This document shows positions 62,431-64,000 of a stretch of 64,000 nucleotides of DNA, piece after piece (the stretch's first letter is position 1; every line of letters begins with the position of its first letter). Source of the DNA: Octopus vulgaris. Taxonomy: Eukaryota. Under the pieces are notes generated by a model that saw nothing but the letters and a program-made list of their open reading frames with translations, was not told where the DNA came from and searched no databases. Location of the stretch: NCBI GenBank assembly GCA_951406725.2, contig OX597820.1:71796001-71860000 (forward strand). The letters run 5' to 3'. The position numbers and the translations under genes were made by a program.

Positions 62431-62836
62431 TTTCCTTTGTCTATTTCTTTTCAAATTTTACCTAAGGAGGTGGCGTGGCTTTATGCAAGGTGCTGAGATG
62501 CTGATTTATAATAGAAGGGGCAGAAGTTGTTGTTAAGGAGTTACACAGCTACCTCACATTATAGGAGTTACATGGCTACCTCATATTATAGGCATAGGTG
62601 GAGATGGAAATATATTTGTGACAAGGTGTCAGAGTGTACCCCCAAAAGGCACAAGAAAATGAATGGAAAAGAGCATAAAAACAAATCAAGATGAATGGGT
62701 GGGTAAATGTTGCAGGAATGTGAGTCAAGATTGACAGATGGTTAAAGATTCATAATATCATCCCCTCCCCAATCATATTTACCTCTTGCCAACAACAGCC
62801 TTCACTTTTGTTCACCATTCACTATTATGGCTTTTG

Positions 62837-63540
62837 GCAGGGAGCTGGCAGAATCAATAGGGCTCTGGAAAAATGTGCTTGTGGTATTTGTTTGGTCTTT
62901 TTACATTCTGAGTTCAAATCCCATGTTGATGCACTTCGCCTTTTATCATTCTGGGGCCTATAAAATAAACTATCAGTCAAACACTAAGGCTGATAGAATC
63001 AATTAATGCTCCCGACCCCCTCAAAATTGCTGGCCGTGTACCTCAATAAAAAGCCATTATTGAAAGTGATGAGTCAGCAGAAGAGTTAAAGGCTTGGAAA
63101 AAATGCTTTGCTGTTTTTGTTGTGGCTCTTTACATTCTGAGTTCAAATCCTGCCGAGGACCATTTCAAGGTTGGTAAAATAGAGTATCAGCTAAGCACTG
63201 GTTTGAATGGTACTGATTAATAACCTCCACTCAAAATTGCTGGCTTTGTACCAAATTAAAAGCCATTATTATTGTTGTTGCTGTTACTGCTGTTGTTGTT
63301 ATTGTTGTTGTTGTCATTGTTGTTAAGGTGACGAGCTGGCAGAATCGTTAGCATGCTGGGAAAAATGCTTAGCGGCATTTCGTCCGTCTTTAGGTTCTCA
63401 GTTCAAATTCTGCTGAGGCTGACTTTGCCTTTCATCCTTTCAGGGTTAATAAAATGAGTAGCAGTTGAGCACTGGGGTCGATGTAATCGACTTACCTCCT
63501 CTCCCAAAATTGCTGTCTTTGTGCCAGTATTTGAAATCAT
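62837..63540 (+). mobile_element. Three head-to-tail Meta-domain-like SINEs (62837-63060, 63066-63265, 63325-63540)
   Basis: Each has gagctggcagaatc / ttctgagttcaaatcc / aaaattgctggc.tgt.cc landmarks. Confidence 0.85.
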
Positions 63541-64000
63541 TATTAGCAAAGGTGGGGGTATTGTTTTCAGTTATGTTTGTTTGTTTGTCTGTCCATGGAC
63601 AAGATATCTCAAGAACCATTGGATGAATCTGGATGAAACTTTCAGGGATATTTGGCCTCATGACTGGCACAAACTGATTAGATTTTGGGATTAATCTAGT
63701 ACAGGACAAGAATTCTGGGTTATTTGTTATATTTACTTTACTTTACATGAAGTATTATGATTTTACGTTGACTTTCAAGTCTTTCTCTGATTATCTCCCT
63801 TGAAAGCATGCTCATGGTTTCCATGTAAGTTATGGTGGTGTTGCTGTTTCCAAAGTTTTATTTTCGTTTCTCTATTATTAATTATTATTTGCGTCTCTAT
63901 CTTAGTAGAAACTGATAGATAATGAAATCAAACTACATAAAGAAACAGCAGCAAAACCGTTCAGAAATTAAATAGCACTAACATATTCAGTAACAATAAT

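Noticed and set aside
62060-62536. Poly-Glu, poly-Ser and poly-Phe ORFs
   Set aside because: Translations of the (TTC)n microsatellite, with no splice or homology support.

Overview
AT-rich, microsatellite-dense eukaryotic DNA. The repeat content (tRNA-derived Meta-domain SINEs, RTE-tail SINEs with (CAT)n ends, TTAA MITEs) suggests an octopus or other coleoid cephalopod; this is an inference. The only host coding sequence I can support is one 77-nt + strand exon at 34411-34487. It encodes CLSSEVESLAVPTLKWLGLFPSDIKR, the C-terminal Toprim-domain segment of the meiotic transesterase SPO11, so the whole window is probably SPO11 intron. The rest is mobile DNA: a full-length but frameshifted mariner (23920-25178), a young CpG-rich CR1-like LINE with an internal inversion (25602-27206), RTE, R4/Dong and CR1 fossils, Penelope-like element (PLE) remnants, MITEs, Helentron-like elements and many SINEs. 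The most notable structure is a set of long fold-back inverted repeats (2617-3030, 19634-20407, 20579-20716, 56449-57509, 57594-57807). One carries a complete type I hammerhead ribozyme core, two are centred on hammerhead half-cores, and one has apparently perfect 517-bp arms. Almost all ORFs in the supplied track are microsatellite or transposon artefacts.
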